DNA of 64,000 nt. It comes from Psilocybe cubensis. Taxonomy: Eukaryota. This document shows positions 61,800 through 64,000 of the stretch, piece after piece. The position numbers and the translations under genes were made by a program. The notes under the pieces were generated by a model. The model searched no databases. It was not told where the DNA came from and saw only the letters and a program-made list of their open reading frames with translations. Location: contig CM039000.1 of assembly GCA_017499595.2 (NCBI GenBank), positions 62,001 through 126,000 on the forward strand, read 5' to 3'. Positions within the stretch are counted from its first letter, which is position 1, and every line of letters starts with the position of its first letter.

Positions 61800-64000
61800 A
61801 TGGACAATTCACAATTACCGCTCCCAAAGTACGCCTGTGCCTTTTTTATTGAACGCACAAACAAACATTCATGATTTTACAGAGCACATTGGAGGAGCTA
61901 CCAAACGCCCACCAAACCAGCGGCCAAGTTGCTAGAGGAAATAGTGGCAGATGGTGGTTCACACAGCAGCAGATCTTCGTCTGATTCCTTTGTATTTCTC
62001 AACCCTCCAATTCCTCGTAAACGAACTCCACCATTCCCTCCTCTTCCTTTCCACCCTCCCGTATTCAATTTCGATGGCATCACACGAGAATCTACCCCTC
62101 CACTACCACCTCTACCTGAGGGAGTGCAGCCTGCCTCGCCTGTGGTAGGCGACGATGACGTCACTTTGGACAGGAAAAGACTTGAATCGCAGACATCAAA
62201 AGAATCGAAAAGATCGGCTGCGAGCGAGCATCTCGTTGCGACTGGGACGTCGCCGACTAACTCCCATACCGGACGGCATCACCACCACCAATCCCGCACA
62301 CACGGACGGGCAAGGTCTGCGTCCGAATCAATATCAAGCTTGCTGGTTGTGACCACGGAAAGATTAACGAGGGAGACGGCGCGAGCCAATGAAGCAGAGA
62401 GAAATGCCGCAGAACTGCTAGCGCTATTCAAGACGACTCACGAGGCCAAGGTGAGGCTAGAGAGGGACTTGGATCGGGTAAGGCAGGAGCTGGGATTGTA
62501 CAAAATTCAGCTAGACATGGCCCAGAAAGGTGTGTCGACACGTATGTTTAACCATGACTACGCTTATTTTTTTAGAGATTTTTCGTGCCCAAGAAATTGT
62601 TGACAAGATTGAACGGCAGCGGGAAAATGCAGAGGAGGATGCGGCGCGAGCAAGGAGTAAAATGCATAAGCTAATGGAGGCTAGAGCTATCGAACAGGCT
62701 ATGGAGGAAGGGAGAAGGATGGGCTTCGAGGAAGGGTTGAGACAAGGACGCTTTGTTAAACCAATGAGGGAGGATCGCGAAAGCCGACGAACTAAAGCAC
62801 ATGGTGACCGCGTATCCAGGTACACCTACCCCGAAGAAGAGCCACAAAGCTCTGGTTCGTCGGGGTCTGCTAAACAGGAGCGTTCCGCGCCCAGGTATCT
62901 TTATTTCATTCATTTAGAATTGTTGAATCTAACTTATCTCATCGGATTATTGTAGACCTTCAACACCACCAAAACCTCCCACTGTTCATAAAACAGACCA
63001 GGCTCCTCGTAAACCCATTATACAACCGAGGCCTGGAACCTCGAATGATCCACCTCCCATCCACCCTCATGGAACTCCTCCCGATACCGGAACCTTCAGT
63101 AATCTTCTACCTCGTCCGACTATTACTACACCAATGCCTTTGAATATTCCGCCTACACAACCTCAGCCGGCCCCTCCAATGCCAGATCACCAACACATCT
63201 CAGTCAAGCCTGAAGAACGCCGTTCTGGTAGAGTTTCTGCTCAGTCCCAGCCTTCGGCGGACGTTAACGGCCCTATCCATCCCAAACCTGTTTGGAACCA
63301 CAGTCCCAGTGTTTTCCATGAACGAATCAAGCTACCACCTGATAACTATATTCCAACAATGGATGCAAATTCTGTGATCACTCTTCCACCGCCACACGAA
63401 CTGAGCTACCCAGTCGCACCAGAGGGAGCTTCCACGCGTGATAATCCAGCTACCCGTCCTCGATCAGGAAGTCGCCCTGAAGTATCTCAAAGGACTGCCG
63501 ATAGAGACACCATCCGAACGCGAGACTATGCTTATCCATCAAAGGCTCCATCTGGAGATGATGCAACTGCTGCTAGTGCCAATGATCAGGCCAGGCGGTA
63601 TGCGTTCCAATCTCGTGCCACATCAGCATTGTCCCGAGGCTCGACACATTTGTCTGATCTTGACCTTCTCACTACACCTCGAGATGTTCACTACAGAAGC
63701 CAGAGATATATGGTCGCCGACAATGCTTCTGAAGTATACCCAAGAAGGGATACCCCAGCTGTTGACCAATCCCCTACGCAAAGAATTGCGGAAGAATGGA
63801 GAAGTGCAAATCGCCAATATCTTGACCCCCAACCGCCGATAGTAATACCTCCACCTCGATATCAAACTCCTGGACCTCGCGTGAGTTGTTATATACAGGA
63901 AGTACCAAATCGAACTAATATCACCGATTCCAGAACGTAGATCCACCAAAGAGGCCATTCTCGGTAACAAACAACACTAGACCTCGGGCGCCGAGACGAC
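61800..64000 (+). CDS. Multi-exon coiled-coil / Pro-rich hypothetical protein, running off the window end
   Basis: ATG 61800; intron 61829-61882 joins in frame to the 61929 ORF. Heptad-rich segment ERLTRETARANEAERNAAELL..LERDLDRVRQELGLYKIQL; further introns near 62530, 62895 and 63880. Confidence 0.75.

Overview
Eukaryotic genomic DNA, most likely from a mushroom-forming basidiomycete (inferred from the many ~50-75 bp GT-AG introns and the gene families). The left 37 kb holds host genes: an HMG-box transcription factor bracketed by a diverged inverted repeat, a multi-pass membrane protein, an F-box-like protein, a jacalin-like lectin just downstream of a non-autonomous long-TIR element, an SRPK/Sky1-type kinase, two tandem APH/kinase-like paralogs and a few hypothetical genes. 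A candidate tRNA-derived SINE also lies here. Positions 37706-61463 are a three-deep nest of recent Ty3/Gypsy LTR retrotransposons (C inside B inside A). Each has a target-site duplication, an LTR pair differing at one base that I could see, and open reading frames that rejoin when the inserts are removed. The main oddities are in the nest. Element C (6390 bp) contained no CpG dinucleotide in my manual read and shows a Tf1-like self-priming signature. Element B carries a spliced, intron-containing antisense gene of unknown function and shows apparent CpG-type decay. Element A has four copies of an unrecognised ~80-90 aa module inside Gag-Pol, an extra 3' ORF, and an internal hairpin+PPT copy. 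All calls come from reading by eye; no searches were run.
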